A stretch of 64,000 bases of DNA, taken from the NCBI RefSeq assembly GCF_964213995.1, contig NW_027590119.1:2852001-2916000 (forward strand), given 5' to 3'. Shown piece after piece: positions 11,640-23,317 of the stretch; position 1 is the stretch's first letter; each line of letters starts with the position of its first letter. Source of the stretch: Mustelus asterias (taxonomy: Eukaryota). The notes under the pieces were generated by a model. The model was not told the DNA's origin, did not search any database, and saw only the letters and a list, made by a program, of their open reading frames with translations. A program made the translations under genes and the position numbers.

Positions 11640-12126
11640 GGAGGAAGTTTCACTCTGAAGCTCATTGGACAACTTCTGCATTGTGACGTCACGATAGAGT
11701 CCTGCCTGAATCAGCCAATAGGAATCACTGTGCTCCGTGTTGATGTCTCCAGGTTCCAGTGCGCAGGCCCGGGCGCGCGGACCCGGGAGCCCCGCCCCCA
11801 CCCATTGTTCCCCTCCCCCTACACCACATCGAGCCAAGGTTTCCAGGCAACCGGCTGGCGGCTCCGGCCAGAGCGAGAAGCCGCTCGGTGATCGCACCCC
11901 CCCCCGCCCCCCCCAGCCCGGGACTGCAAATGTACGAGGGAGAGGGGAAGCTGCGCATGTGCGGGGGAGAACCCACCCTCTGATCTTCATGTTGAGGTGT
12001 TGACCAATGGGAAGAGTTGGAGGACCGGAAGGACTCTGGTCTTCCAGCCAATCAGAGCGCTTTGTGTGAATGAAGATTGATCTTTAGACAGACTCAAACC
12101 TCCTCCTGTCGCCAACACCTGTGAGT
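11640..12126. promoter_or_regulatory. CpG-island bidirectional promoter/first exons of ZNF units 3 (-) and 4 (+)
   Basis: TGACGTCA at about 11684, several CCAAT boxes, TGCGCATGTGCG. Candidate donor CCAACACCT|GTGAGT at 12120/12121. Confidence 0.7.
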
Positions 12127-13994
12127 GGGAAAGATTGGATTGTCCAGCCAGTCCACCATATTGGCCGTTCGCTTTGCGTGTTGGCCAGTATAGTGTGCTC
12201 CAGGCAGGGGGCGGGCAGAGGATAAGGAGTTCAAGGCGGGCTTAATGCGCGCCTTGCGGTGAGCTTTTGGAAATGTGGCCGCTGGGAGGAACGCCTTGGT
12301 CGGCGTGAAGTTTCTGTTTCAAGTGCTTGGGTTCGTGACTTGTGCAAGAACTTTTTGTTTCGGCTGGGGCTTGTTGAATGCTGCTCTCGCTGGGATTCCT
12401 GTGCCTTGAAAGGCGTGGCCCAGGTAGATGCAATCTCGGAAGACCCAAGCCAGGGAGGAGCCATTTGGGAACTATGGTTTCGGAAGGTTCAGCCGCGGAA
12501 GGTGTGACCCCAGACGGTGCAGCCCCAGTGGGTGTGATTTTGGAAGTTCTGGCCCGGAGTGGTGGACTTTGGAGGACTGTAGTTGAGCGTTGTCGACTTC
12601 GGACGGTGGAATGTTGATGGGCGAAGCTCTGGAAGGCGATGCCTCCGAAATGTTTCACAATTGTATGGTTGTTCATGGATTGTTTGTTATTGTAATATGT
12701 GGTTTTCCTGTTATGATAGTTGGTGGTTTGTTCTGGCCCCCGTCTATTTTCTTGCGTTATTTGTGGCCTGGGGGGCATCCCCCCCTGGATAAAGTCACCC
12801 CCGGGGGGTGTGACATCCACTTGGGGAAAGTTCTGGGTGGTGAAGCCCCGGACATAGTAACACCAGAGGGATTTTTATTCTCCGGGAGAAAAATTGGGAA
12901 GGCAGGCCCGAACTGAGTACCCTGGAGAGACTCTCCCACCACCCCGGCTGAAATTCCGGAAGGCAGTCCGGATTGAGTAGGCGGGGTGGTTTCCCCATTT
13001 CCCCCCTCCGGCTGAACATCCGTAAGGTGTAACCCCCGGATATGAGTACCACTGGAGGGTTGCATCCCCCGGCAGGTGGACAAACCCAGGGGACGGTGCC
13101 CTTATGCTTCAGTGTTTATTTTTTTGTTGTGTACAGTTGTAGTGTTGTTAATGTTTGTAGATTTGTAGATTATGATTTGTAAATGGAGGTGTATTTTGAG
13201 GGCAATGCCCTGGAAAACTGTAATTGACGATGAACCCTTCCGAAATGGAAGGTAGTAATTGATAAATGGATGGTGTTAGCCATCGGTAATGTATTTTTCA
13301 TGGATTGTTTGTTATTGTAATATGTGGTTATCCTGTTATGGTAGTTGGTGGTTTGTTCCGGCCCCCGTCTATTTTCTTGCGTTATTTGTGGCCTGGGGGG
13401 CATCCCCCCCTGGATAAAGTCACCCCCGGGGGGTGTGACATCCACTTGGGGAAAGTTCTGGGTGGTGAAGCCCCGGACATAGTAACACCAGAGGGATTTT
13501 TATTCTCCGGGAGAAAAATTGGGAAGGAAGGCCCGAACTGAGTACCCTGGAGAGACTCTCCCACCGCCCCGGCTGAAATTCCGAAAGGGGTCCCGGATTG
13601 AGTAGGCGGGGTGGTTTCCCCCATTTCCCCCCCTCCGGCTGAACATCCGTAAGGTGTAACCCCCGGATATGAGTACCACTGGAGGGTTGCATCCCCCGGC
13701 AGGTGGACAAACCCAGGGGACGGTGCCCTTATGCTTCAGTGTTTATTTTTTTGTTGTGTACAGTTGTAGTGTTGTGTTAATGTTTGTAGATTTGTAGATT
13801 ATGATTTGTAAATGGAGGTGTATTTTGAGGGCAATGCCCTGGAAAACTGTAATTGACGATGAACCCTTCCGAAATGGAAGGTAGTAACTGATAAATGGAT
13901 GGCGTTAGCCATTGGTAATGTATTTTTTTCACATTTGTTCTTTGTGTATTTGTAATTGTTTTGTATTAACGTATTTGTAATAAACAAAAAGAAA
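12127..13994 (+). mobile_element. 1868-bp 5'-truncated non-LTR-type insertion (possibly a Tx1-clade 3' end) with 15-bp TSD
   Basis: Flanked by CCAACACCTGTGAGT (12112-12126) and CCAACATCTGTGAGT (13995-14009). Ends AATAAACAAAAAGAAA. Family assignment is inference only. Confidence 0.7.
12672..13930 (+). repeat. Tandem duplication, two units of about 625-630 bp, inside the insertion
   Basis: TTCATGGATTGTTTGTTATTG starts at 12672 and 13297. The units are near-identical and give duplicated ORF translations. Confidence 0.95.
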
Positions 13995-14084
13995 CCAACA
14001 TCTGTGAGTAAAACACTTTCCTTTCTCCCCCTTTCCATTTCTTTTTTCATTCTGGGGGAAATTGGGGACTTGCAGCAACTGATC

Positions 14085-15475
14085 ATGAGAAATAGAAGCA
14101 GGAGTGGCCACCAGGCCCTTCAAGCCTGTCCCGCCATTCAGTATAATCACAGCTAATCTATTCCGGCCTCAACTCCTTCACAATGCCACTTCCCATAGCC
14201 CTCTATCCCTCAATCTATTAAATATTTATCCACCTCACTTTAAATACTTCTCATCATCCAGCCTCCACCACCCTCTGGGACAGAGAATTCCAGAGATTCA
14301 CCATCCTCTGCGAAAATAAATTTCTGCGCACCTCAGGTTTAAATGACCGACCCTTTATCTTGTAGCTTGTTTGTGATTCTTCCACTTGTGAAAATATCTC
14401 ACCATCTACCCTGTCAATCCCCCAAGGATCTTATCTGTTTCAATAAACTCACCCCTTTGTCTTCTAAACTTGAAAGAATGCAGATCCAGACAATTTATTC
14501 TCTCCTGTCCTCTTATCCCAGGAATTAGCCTGGTGAATCTCCTTTGGACTATTGCCAATGTTACTATATCCTTGTTTAAGTAAGGGGATCAAAACTGTAC
14601 GCAGTGTTCCAGGTGAGGCCTCACCAACACCCTGTGCAGTTATCACAAAACCTCCCTGCTTTTAAATCCAACACCTTTGCCATAAAGGTCAAAATTCCAT
14701 TTTCCTTCTTACCTATTGTGGAACCTGCCTGCTAGCTTTTTGTGATTCATGCACAAGAACACCGAGATTCCTCTATACTTCAATCACCTGCAGCGCCTCT
14801 CCTTTTAGATAATCTCCCTTTTGAAATACATAGGCGGCACGGTGGGACAGTGGTTAGCACTGTTGCCTCACAGCGACAGGGATCCGGATTCGTTTCCCAG
14901 CTTGGGTCACTGTCTGTGAAGTTTGCACGATCTCCCCATATCTGCGTGGGTTTCCTCTGGGTGCTCTGATTTCCTCTCTGTCTGAAAGACGTGCTGGTTC
15001 GGTGCATTGGCCTGAACAGGTGCCAGACTGGTGACTGGGGGAATTTCACAGTAACTTCATTGCAGTGTTACTGTAAGTCTTACTTGTGACGAATAAATAA
15101 ACTTTAACTTTATGATCTCACACTTCCCCAAGTTCAACTCCATTTGCCAGGTTTTTGTCACCCAATCTATCTGGATCCCATTGCAGAATCAAAATATCCT
15201 CATCACAACATGTCCTTCCACCTATCTTTGTACCATTTGTTAACCTTATATTCTGTTCCTTCCTCCAGGTCATTAATTAAATAATGAACAATTGTGAGCC
15301 AAGAACTGATCCCTGTGGTACTCCACTAGTTACATCTTCCCTCTCTGAAAAGGACCCATTTATTCCAACTTTCTGTTTTCTATGTGACGGCCAGTTTTCA
15401 ATCCATGTGAACACACTTCCACAATTCCATGGGCCTTTACTTTATGCGCCAGCCTCTTCTGCGCCACCTTGTCGA
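14085..15475 (-). mobile_element. Degenerate CR1 LINE, interrupted by a SINE
   Basis: FDKVAQKRLAHKVKAHGI and [11 protein letters not shown]-coding sequence. CR1 tail at about 14090. Confidence 0.8.
14832..15110 (+). mobile_element. V-SINE, tail B
   Basis: GGCGGCACGGTGGGACAGTGGTTAGCACTG head. Ends CTTGTGACGAATAAATAAACTTTAACTTT. Confidence 0.8.
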
Positions 15476-15804
15476 ATCCCTGGAGTGCAAAAGGAGGCCA
15501 TTTGGCCCATCTAGTCTGCATCAGCTCTTGAACAGAGCATCTTTCCCAGGCCCTATCGCCATTACCACACATTTTTACCCCACGAATCCCCTAATCTATA
15601 TCTATTGGGACACAAAAGGGGCAATTTAGCATGGCAAATCTACCTAACCCACACATCTTTGGACTGTGGGAGGAAACCAGAGCACCCGGAGGAAACCCAC
15701 GCAGAGAACGTGCAGACTCCACGCAGACAGTGACCCCAGGCTAGAATTGAACCCGGGTCCCTGGTGATGTGAGGCAGCAGTGCTAACCACTGTGCCACCG
15801 TGCT
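15476..15804 (-). mobile_element. HE1-like V-SINE
   Basis: Reverse complement of the SINE head, V core (GGGTTTCCTCCGGGTGCTC) and CR1-type tail. Confidence 0.85.
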
Positions 15805-15905
15805 GACCTTTGTGCCATTCTTACGATTGACTTACTGCTGTTCCTGATGTTGAAAAGGCATCGCACCACCAGCTTTTGAAGGGCAGTTAGGAATGGGGAG
15901 CATAT

Positions 15906-16255
15906 AGGGCGGCATGGTAGCACAGTGGTTAGCACTGCAGCTTCACAGCTCCAGGGTCCTGGGTTCGATTCCCGGCTCGGGTCACTGTCTGTGTGGAGTT
16001 TGCGCGTTCTCCTCGTGTCTGCGTGGGTTTCCTCCGGGTGCTCCGGTTTCCTCCCACAGTCCAAAGATGTGCGGGTTAGGTTGATTGGCCAGGTTAAAAA
16101 TTGCCCCTTAGAATCCTAAAATGCGTAGGTTAGAGGGATTAGCGGGTAAATATGTGGGGGTAGGGCCTGGGTGGGATTGTGGTCGGTGCAGACTCGATGG
16201 GCCGAATGGCCTCCTTCTGCACTGTAGGGTTTCTATGATTCTATGATTTCTATGA
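15906..16255 (+). mobile_element. HE1-like V-SINE, young full-length copy
   Basis: tRNA-like A/B boxes, V core and (TTCTATGA)n tail. Nearly identical to the copy at 33598. Confidence 0.92.
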
Positions 16256-16721
16256 GTGGCCTCGCCAGCGATGCCCACATGCCATAAAAGAATGAAAAAA
16301 AGAGAATTGCCTGTTCTGAATTTCACCCTGGTACTGATTTTGTCAACTCCTTTCACAGGATATTAGAAGGTGAGGATCTACAGTCAAAAGTCTCAAACCA
16401 AACGTCACGTCAAGATCTGGCACAGTCACTGAATTCATCAGGAGCTGATTATCATCAGCTTTGGAATCTAGAAGGAGAAATGTCCATCTCTTCTGTTTGT
16501 CCCAAAAGGGTTGAAACGTCAGTGTGATTGGAAAAGCACCGAGACACACACACACCTGAGTGAGAGTGTTCCAGTGCACTGACTGTGGAAAGAGATTTCA
16601 CTTGTTGCACAACCTGGAAAAAACTGCACAATTTGGACCAGGGAGACCGTGCACCTGTTGTGTGTGTGGACAAGTCTTCAACGAATCGTTAAACTTTGAG
16701 AGGCAAAAGGACAGCAGCACC

Positions 16722-17564
16722 ATGGAGAAACCGTGGCAATGTGAGGACTGTGGGAAGAAATGGCGATTCCCGTCTGAGCTGGAAATTCATCGACGCGTTC
16801 ACACTGGAGAGAGGCCGTTTACCTGCTCAGACTGTGGGAAGGGATTTGCTCATTCATGCAACCTGCTGACACATCAGCGAGTTCACAGCGGGGAGAGGCC
16901 ATTCACCTGTTCTGACTGTGGAAAGGGATTCACTCATTTAACCCACCTCCACACACACAAGCGAGTTCACACTGGGGAGAAACCGTTCTCCTGCTCTCAG
17001 TGCGGGAAGGGATTCTCTCAGTTATCCCACCTTCTGAAGCACCAGCGAGTTCATACCAGGGAGAGGCCTTTCACCTGCTCGGAGTGTGGAAAAACATTCA
17101 CTACTTCATGGAACCTGCTGACACACCAGCGAATTCACACTGGGGAGAAGCCATTCACCTGCTGTGCATGTGGGAAGGGGTTCAGTCGGTTATGCAGCCT
17201 GCAGACACACCAGCGAGTTCACACCGGGCAAAAACCATTCACCTGCTCTGAGTGTGAGAAGGGATTCGCTCAGTTATCCCACCTGCTGTCACACCAGCGA
17301 GTTCACACCGGGGAGAGGCCGTTCGTCTGCACCATGTGTGGGAAGGGATTCAGTGAATCATTCACCCTGCTAATACACCAGCGAGTTCACAAGGACGAGA
17401 GGCCATTCACCTGCTCAGAGTGTGGGATGGGATTCACGAAGTCATCCAACCTGCTGACGCACCAACATGTTCACACAGGGGAGAAGCCGTTCACCTGCTC
17501 TGTGTGTGGGAAGGGATACACTCAATTATGCAGCCTGCGCAGGCACCAGAAAGGTCACAAGTGA
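16722..17564 (+). CDS. C2H2 zinc-finger protein, 10 fingers (unit 4)
   Basis: ORF 16560..17564, ATG of MEKPWQC at 16722. Last-exon acceptor TTTCACAG|GATA at 16358/16359. AATAAA at about 17745 and 17977. Confidence 0.9.
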   Translation: MEKPWQCEDCGKKWRFPSELEIHRRVHTGERPFTCSDCGKGFAHSCNLLTHQRVHSGERPFTCSDCGKGFTHLTHLHTHKRVHTGEKPFSCSQCGKGFSQLSHLLKHQRVHTRERPFTCSECGKTFTTSWNLLTHQRIHTGEKPFTCCACGKGFSRLCSLQTHQRVHTGQKPFTCSECEKGFAQLSHLLSHQRVHTGERPFVCTMCGKGFSESFTLLIHQRVHKDERPFTCSECGMGFTKSSNLLTHQHVHTGEKPFTCSVCGKGYTQLCSLRRHQKGHK

Positions 17565-18217
17565 TGACAGATTTTGCTGCTCCTGCTGTTGTTAATCACA
17601 TCCTCGACTGAACCAGGTTCATTGTGATTGTTGGGAGGGTCGGAGGTTTCTTTCTGCTGGACTGACCCGTCTCACAACTTTACTTCCTGTCGGTTTTTGA
17701 GAGTTGTTGCAAGTATATACTTTCAATTTTTATTTACATCACAGAATAAAATGGCGTTTGGAACGTAAAAGATATTTGTTCAAAACTGTTTGGAACTCCC
17801 GAAATCATGATCAAGCTATCCCACTCCCTATCATCCTGGTGTGCTCCATGTGCCTATCCAATAACCGCTTAAATGTTCCTAAAGTGTCTGACTCCACTAT
17901 CACTGCAGGCAGTCCATTCCACACCCCAAAGAGAATTGTTGCAAGTATCTACTTTCATGTTTTATTTGCATCACAGAATAAAATGGTGTTTGGAATGTCA
18001 AAGATATTTGTTCAAAACTGTTTGGAACTCCCGAAATCATGCCAGGTTTCCATGGAGATGGGCTGTGGTGGTTTGAATGTTCTTCTGCTTAATTTCTCTG
18101 GCTGTTTCTCACAGAAGGAAATTGCGAAGCTATAAGGTCTACGTTAGCTGTGATCGAGTGGGACACTACATTAAAATATATGATCTCGACAATTAAGGGC
18201 GAGTATTTAAGGAATGC

Positions 18218-18510
18218 AGTGCTGGAGTGGTATTGCCACTGGAATTGTGATCCAGAGACCCAGGTTAATGCACAGAGGTCACGGGTTAAATCCCTCCACA
18301 GTACATCAATCTGTAAGAATCTGGAACTAAACCTCTAATGGTGACCATGAAACCATTGTCGGTTGTCGGAAAAACCCATCTGGTTTACTGATGTCCTTTG
18401 GGTAAAGAAATCTGCTGTCCTGGTCTGGTCTACATGTGACTCCAGAGCCACAGCAATGTGGTTCACTCTCAAATGCCTTCTGAAATGGCCTAGCAAGTCA
18501 CTCGGTTGTA
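18218..18510 (+). mobile_element. Deu-domain SINE (SacSINE1-like)
   Basis: tRNA-like head, then AATGGTGACCATGAAACCATTGTC..AAAACCCATCTGGTTTACTGATGTCCTTT..CATGTGACTCCAG core. Confidence 0.65.
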
Positions 18511-18689
18511 TCAAACCACGAGAAAGACTATAAGGAATGAAATTGAACTTTCTACGGTACCAAACATCATAAACAGCAAGCGACAGACAGAGCTGAATGA
18601 TCCCACTGATCAGATCTGAGCTCTGCAGTCCTGCCAGTAATATTCGTGCTGTACAAGTGTGACACTATGAGCATTTCCATCATGAGAGA

Positions 18690-19405
18690 ATCGAACCATC
18701 GCCCCTTGACCTTCACTGACATTGCCATTACTGAATTCCCTAACTATCAACAGGCTGGGGATTACTATTGACCAGAAACTGAACTGAACCAGCCATATAA
18801 ATACAATGGTTGTAAGGGCATGTCGGAGGCTGGGAATCCTGCAGCCAGTAACTCACCTCTTGACTCCCAAGAGCCTGTCCACCGTTTACAAGTCAGGAAT
18901 ATGATGGAATGCTCTCCACTTGCCTGAGTGAGTGCAGCTCCAGCAACACTCAAGAAGCTCGCCATCATCCAGGACAAAGCAGCTCGCTTGATCGACACCC
19001 CACTCTCAAACATTCTCTTCCTCCACCACCGACGCACAGGGGCAGCAGTGTGTACCGTCCACAAAATGTAGTGCAGGAACTCAGTGAGGCTCCTTAGACA
19101 GCACCTTCCCATCCTGTGACCTGTACCATCTAGAGGGACAAGGGCAGCAGAAACATGGGCACACTGCCACCTGGAATTTCCCCTCTGAGTCACAGAGCAG
19201 CGTGACCTGGAAATATATCGCTGTTCCTTCACTGTCACTGGGACCCAGAACTCCCTCACTGACAGCACTGTGGTTGTACCTGCACCACATGGACTACCAA
19301 CGGTTGAAGAAGGCAGCAGCTCACCAACACCTTCTTAAGGACAATCGGGGAGGCAATAAATCCCAGCTTAGCCAGCGATGCCCACATCACATGAATAAAA
19401 AGAAA
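18690..19405 (+). mobile_element. Degenerate CR1/L2-group LINE 3' end
   Basis: Decayed VRNMMECSPLA..AAPATLKKL..IQDKAARLI..LHHRR coding sequence. Tail GCCAGCGATGCCCACATC is shared with 16255-16300. Confidence 0.7.
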
Positions 19406-19701
19406 TTGAAAATTGGATTGGGACAATTAAGGGATTGGGAGAAATAATACTGAGTAAGAACTGTCCACAACTTGGACAGGGGTAAAGAGAGAGCTGGAGA
19501 ATCTTTTACATCCATGCTTGATCTGTTGCTTGAAGCATCTGTCCTTATGTACCAGTAACCTAGAACTCACGGTGCTCCTTCAGGGGAAGAGAAGATCGAT
19601 CAGATGTTACCCCAGGCGGGGCCAGAACAGAACTGGAAAATAACGGAGTGAAATTCAGTGAGGGTCAGAGAGAGAGTTCTCCTCCCCCTCAAGGTGTGGA
19701 C

Positions 19702-20575
19702 TGTAAGAATCCTGGGGGACCCCCTACTTTGGGTTTTCTTGCTAATTAGTGAACATTAAATTAAATTCTATAACTGGCTGTGCATTGATTTTGAATTTGA
19801 TTGTTACACTTCTCCTGTTTTTATCCCTGTTGCGATTACACTCTGGGTAAGGATGGTTGACAGGTGACAGGATGGGAAATTGTGGCTTGGATCTTCATTA
19901 ACCAAATGTTTTATTGATCCGAAAGGTGTAAAAGGGGCCAAACTTCAGCAGAAATGCAGCAGAGCTGAGAGCAGACGACTTGCTGTGTGGGAGCAGGGAG
20001 ATAAACAGCTCCCAGAGGACAGAGAAAACAGGAGGGCCTTGAACCCGAGTCGACACCTGTGTGTCACGGCCACCATGTTTTCACTGCTTGGCATGGGAAT
20101 GCTGACTCCCTGTACCAGGGACGGAGCGTGGGAAGACAATTGTTTGAGAGTTTGATGTGGCTTGTGCAAGTATAGATGGTTCAATGACATGTTTTGTAAT
20201 TGGTCCGTTCAAATGTTAGCTGGGCAATGATTGGGTTAAATCAGTCTCCATAGTCTTTGTGATGTGACAAAGTATAAGGAGGGATTCCCCGAGCACAGAG
20301 ATTAGTCGAGGTTTTACATATTGCATTGACTGGTGCCATGGCATCTGGGGCAGAGCAGGGAGCACTTCCGTGGAGATGCTGCTTCTCCCCAGAGTGTAAT
20401 GGTAATGCTGCTGCACTTTGATACGACTGCTCAGACATTAGACTGTGTCAGCTCTTATTGATACTGAATAAAATCTAACCACTGTCACCAATAAGGGTTA
20501 TCACTGGGAATCATTTCAGAGTTTTGGAAAAGGGGAGAAAGGGTTAATTGACTCCCTGATCCCCATTTTCTAACA
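19702..20575 (+). mobile_element. Probable LTR (TG...CA)
   Basis: TGTAAG start after a degenerate purine-rich stretch, AATAAA at about 20468, ends TAACA exactly where homology to 693-1470 begins. No TSD seen. Confidence 0.4.
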
Positions 20576-21109
20576 TCGCTGTGTCAAAAATAAAATCCCA
20601 TCTCCCCCTCTGGCTCCTTTGCCAATTGCCTTAGAGGGACTCACTTTCTGTTAAAGAGCCTGCCAACCCCTCTCACCCACTTTCCCTAAAGTGCATCAAT
20701 CTCATCAGGAAAAGTCCAGGATCAAAAACAACCAGAGTAAAAGGATGTTCACAATGTTCTGGACACAAATGGTTTCTCTTTAATTCATCTGTAGCCTGTT
20801 CCCTGCCCTCTTTGTGGAACACCTCCGCTCAGTCCACAAGCATGACCCTGACCTTCCGCTCGCTTGCCATTAGAATTCACCACCTTGCTCTCACACTCAC
20901 ATTTCTGTCCTCGGCCTGCTGCAATGTTCCGGAGAAGCCCAACACAAGCTGGACAAACAGCCCCTCATCTTCGGATGAGGCACTTTACAGTCTTCTGGAC
21001 TCAACATTGAGTTCAACAACTTCACACCCTGAACTCTCTCCTCCATTTTGATTTGTTGTTTTTTGCTGAGTGCCAGTCTGCATCTTGTCTTCATGTTTTT
21101 TTGCTTCCA

Positions 21110-21572
21110 CAGTAAGAAGTTTAACAACACCAGGTTAAAGTCCAACAGGTTTATTTGATAGCAAATGCCACTCGCTTTCGGAACAGGCTGTCCCTTCCTC
21201 AGGTGGAGTGGAGAAATGCTCACAAACAGGGCATACAGAGACACAAACTCAATTTACAGAATAATGATTGGAATGCAGTCTTTACAGATAATCAAGTCTT
21301 AAAGGTACAAACAATGTGAATGGAGGGAGCATTAAGCACAGGTTAAAGAGATGTGTATTGTCTCCTGACAGGACAGCCAGTGAGATTCTGCAAGTCCAGA
21401 CAAGCTGTGGGGGTTACAGATAGTGTGACATGAACCCAAGATCCCGGTTTAGGCCGTTCTCATGTGTGCGGAACTTGGCTATCAGTTTCTGTTCAGGACT
21501 CTGCGCTGTCGTGTGTCGTGAAGGCCGCCTTGGAGAACGCTTACGCGAAGATCAGAGGCCGAATGCCCGTGA
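21110..21572 (-). mobile_element. Penelope-like 3' terminus inserted in an older PLE fragment
   Basis: Same terminal unit as 6600-7030. Absent from the paralogous flank at about 1290. Confidence 0.85.
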
Positions 21573-21753
21573 CATGCCATTTTTGCTTCCAGACAGAGCT
21601 GTCCTTTATTCTGTCATGAACAATTATTCTGGACCAATGATTTGTTTATTTCATGCAACTTTCACCTCTCCCTTTGCACTTTTGACTTCTTTGCTATCTG
21701 ATCTCACCTGCACTCCAACTAATCCCTGATTTTCCCTTTTGTTCTACCTGACC

Positions 21754-22494
21754 ATTATTTGGCGACTGATTCAAACTCTTTCAAGCATTCCAGTTTAATG
21801 TGACAACAAGGACAGGAGTCAACTTTTAATCCTCTTAACAATCTTCTTTTATTTGACACTTTAGATATGAACTCAAACTTAAAACCGTTGCAACACTTCA
21901 ACTCTTTACTAAACAGTAACTCTAATTATTTAACTGAAAATAGACACGACCTGGTTAGAATGAAGTCCATTCCTGATGTGGAATCTGTTCTTTTAGTCTT
22001 TGACGATGTTCTTCAGAGTGGTCTTCTTCTGGTGATGGTTGATCTCCAGAGTTATCATTACAGACAAAGAACTGCACATCTTTTATCTACAAATTGTTTC
22101 AACTTTCCAGCCAATTCTCTGGTGCCCAGCCAATGCTGTAACCAGAAATCAATCACATGGCTTGAACAGTCAATGAAATTTCTTGTAAACAACTCTGTTA
22201 TGCTTTGTGTCAATAACATGTAGCTCACATCACCTCCATAAAACCTGGTGCCATCAGGTCAACCCCAAAATAAACAACTCCCCACATTTGGTCAACACAG
22301 GAAGCTGCAGGTCACAGTTCCAAGACCAGGCCATGACTTACAGTAACTCTGCAGCCTGCATTTGTTTTTAATTATAAGTTGACCAAAAATCCCAGCATGC
22401 TTAATTCTCAGTCACCTTTGCTTTTGAAAGCTAATGTTGTCATTATGGGCGTCAAAAATCATTGTTGTAGACGTGCATTGTCCGTCCACATGAC
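21754..22494. mobile_element. Unclassified insertion, possibly a decayed solo LTR
   Basis: Absent from the paralog (after ACCTGACC at about 1468). Ends ATGACA. Confidence 0.35.
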
Positions 22495-23005
22495 ATAAGA
22501 ACATAAGAAGCAGGAGTAGGCCATCTAGCCCCTCGAGCCTGCCCCGCCATTCAATAAGACCATGGCTGATCTGATAGTGGTTTAGTTCCACTTACCCGCT
22601 CCCCATAACCCTTAATTCCCTTATTGATCAGAAATCTATCTACCTGTGATTTAAACATATTCAGCGAGGTAGCCTCCACTGCTTCAATGGGCAGAGAATT
22701 CCAGAGATTCACTACCCTCTGAGAGAAGAAGTTCCTCCTCAACTCTGTCCTAAACTGACCCCCCTTTATTTTGAAGCTGTGTCCTCTAGTTCTTGTTTCC
22801 TTTCTAAGTGGAAAGAATCTCTCTGCCTCTACCCTATCCAGCCCCTTCATTATCTTATATGTCTCTATAAGATCCCCCCTCAGCCTTCTAAACTCCAACG
22901 AGTTCAGGCCCAATCTACTCAATCTCTCCTCATAAGCTAACCCCCTCATCTCCGGTATCAACCTGGTGAACCTTCTCTGTACTCCCTCTAAGGCCAATAT
23001 ATCCT
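22495..23005 (-). mobile_element. CR1 LINE 3' end
   Basis: ORF 22551..23057 contains KDILALEGVQRRFTRLIPEM..FFSQRVVNLWNSLP. Tail (TTCTTATG)n. Confidence 0.92.
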
Positions 23006-23317
23006 TTCCCCCCTTTCCTGCCAGCTCCAAACCCATTACATTTCTCCCTCTCTTCATTTTGAATAATAGTGAAACATTATCTCTGTTTCTCTCTCCACAG
23101 ATGCTGCAATTTTCCAGTTCTTTCTGTATTTATTTCAGATCTACCTGTAGTGGGGGGAAAAACACTATTTACCATCCAGGATAAAATAAATGTCCTTCAT
23201 CAGCTTTTGTGGATCATTTCAGAGGAAATGTGCTCTCCCAGGCTCAAAGAGCATCAGCCCACTGGAAGCAAAGCCACGTGATGGGCCAATCCAGCAGAAA
23301 GAAACCCTCCGACCCTC

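Larger units (their letters stand above)
20576..23317. repeat. Paralogous copy of the ZNF 3' flank at 693-1800, interrupted by younger insertions; continues at 26447
   Basis: Collinear matches, e.g. GAGGGACTCACTTTCTGTTAAAGAGCCTGCCAACCCC and AAATGTCCTTCATCAGCTTTTGTGGATC. A third copy lies at about 54985-55330. Confidence 0.85.

Noticed and set aside
12242-12820. Minus-strand ORFs in the 12.1-14.0 kb insertion as a protein gene
   Set aside because: Low-complexity translations with no motif. The A-rich tail and TSD indicate plus orientation.
15906-15980. tRNA gene
   Set aside because: The A/B boxes belong to SINE heads that continue into the V core and tail. The same applies to all similar copies.
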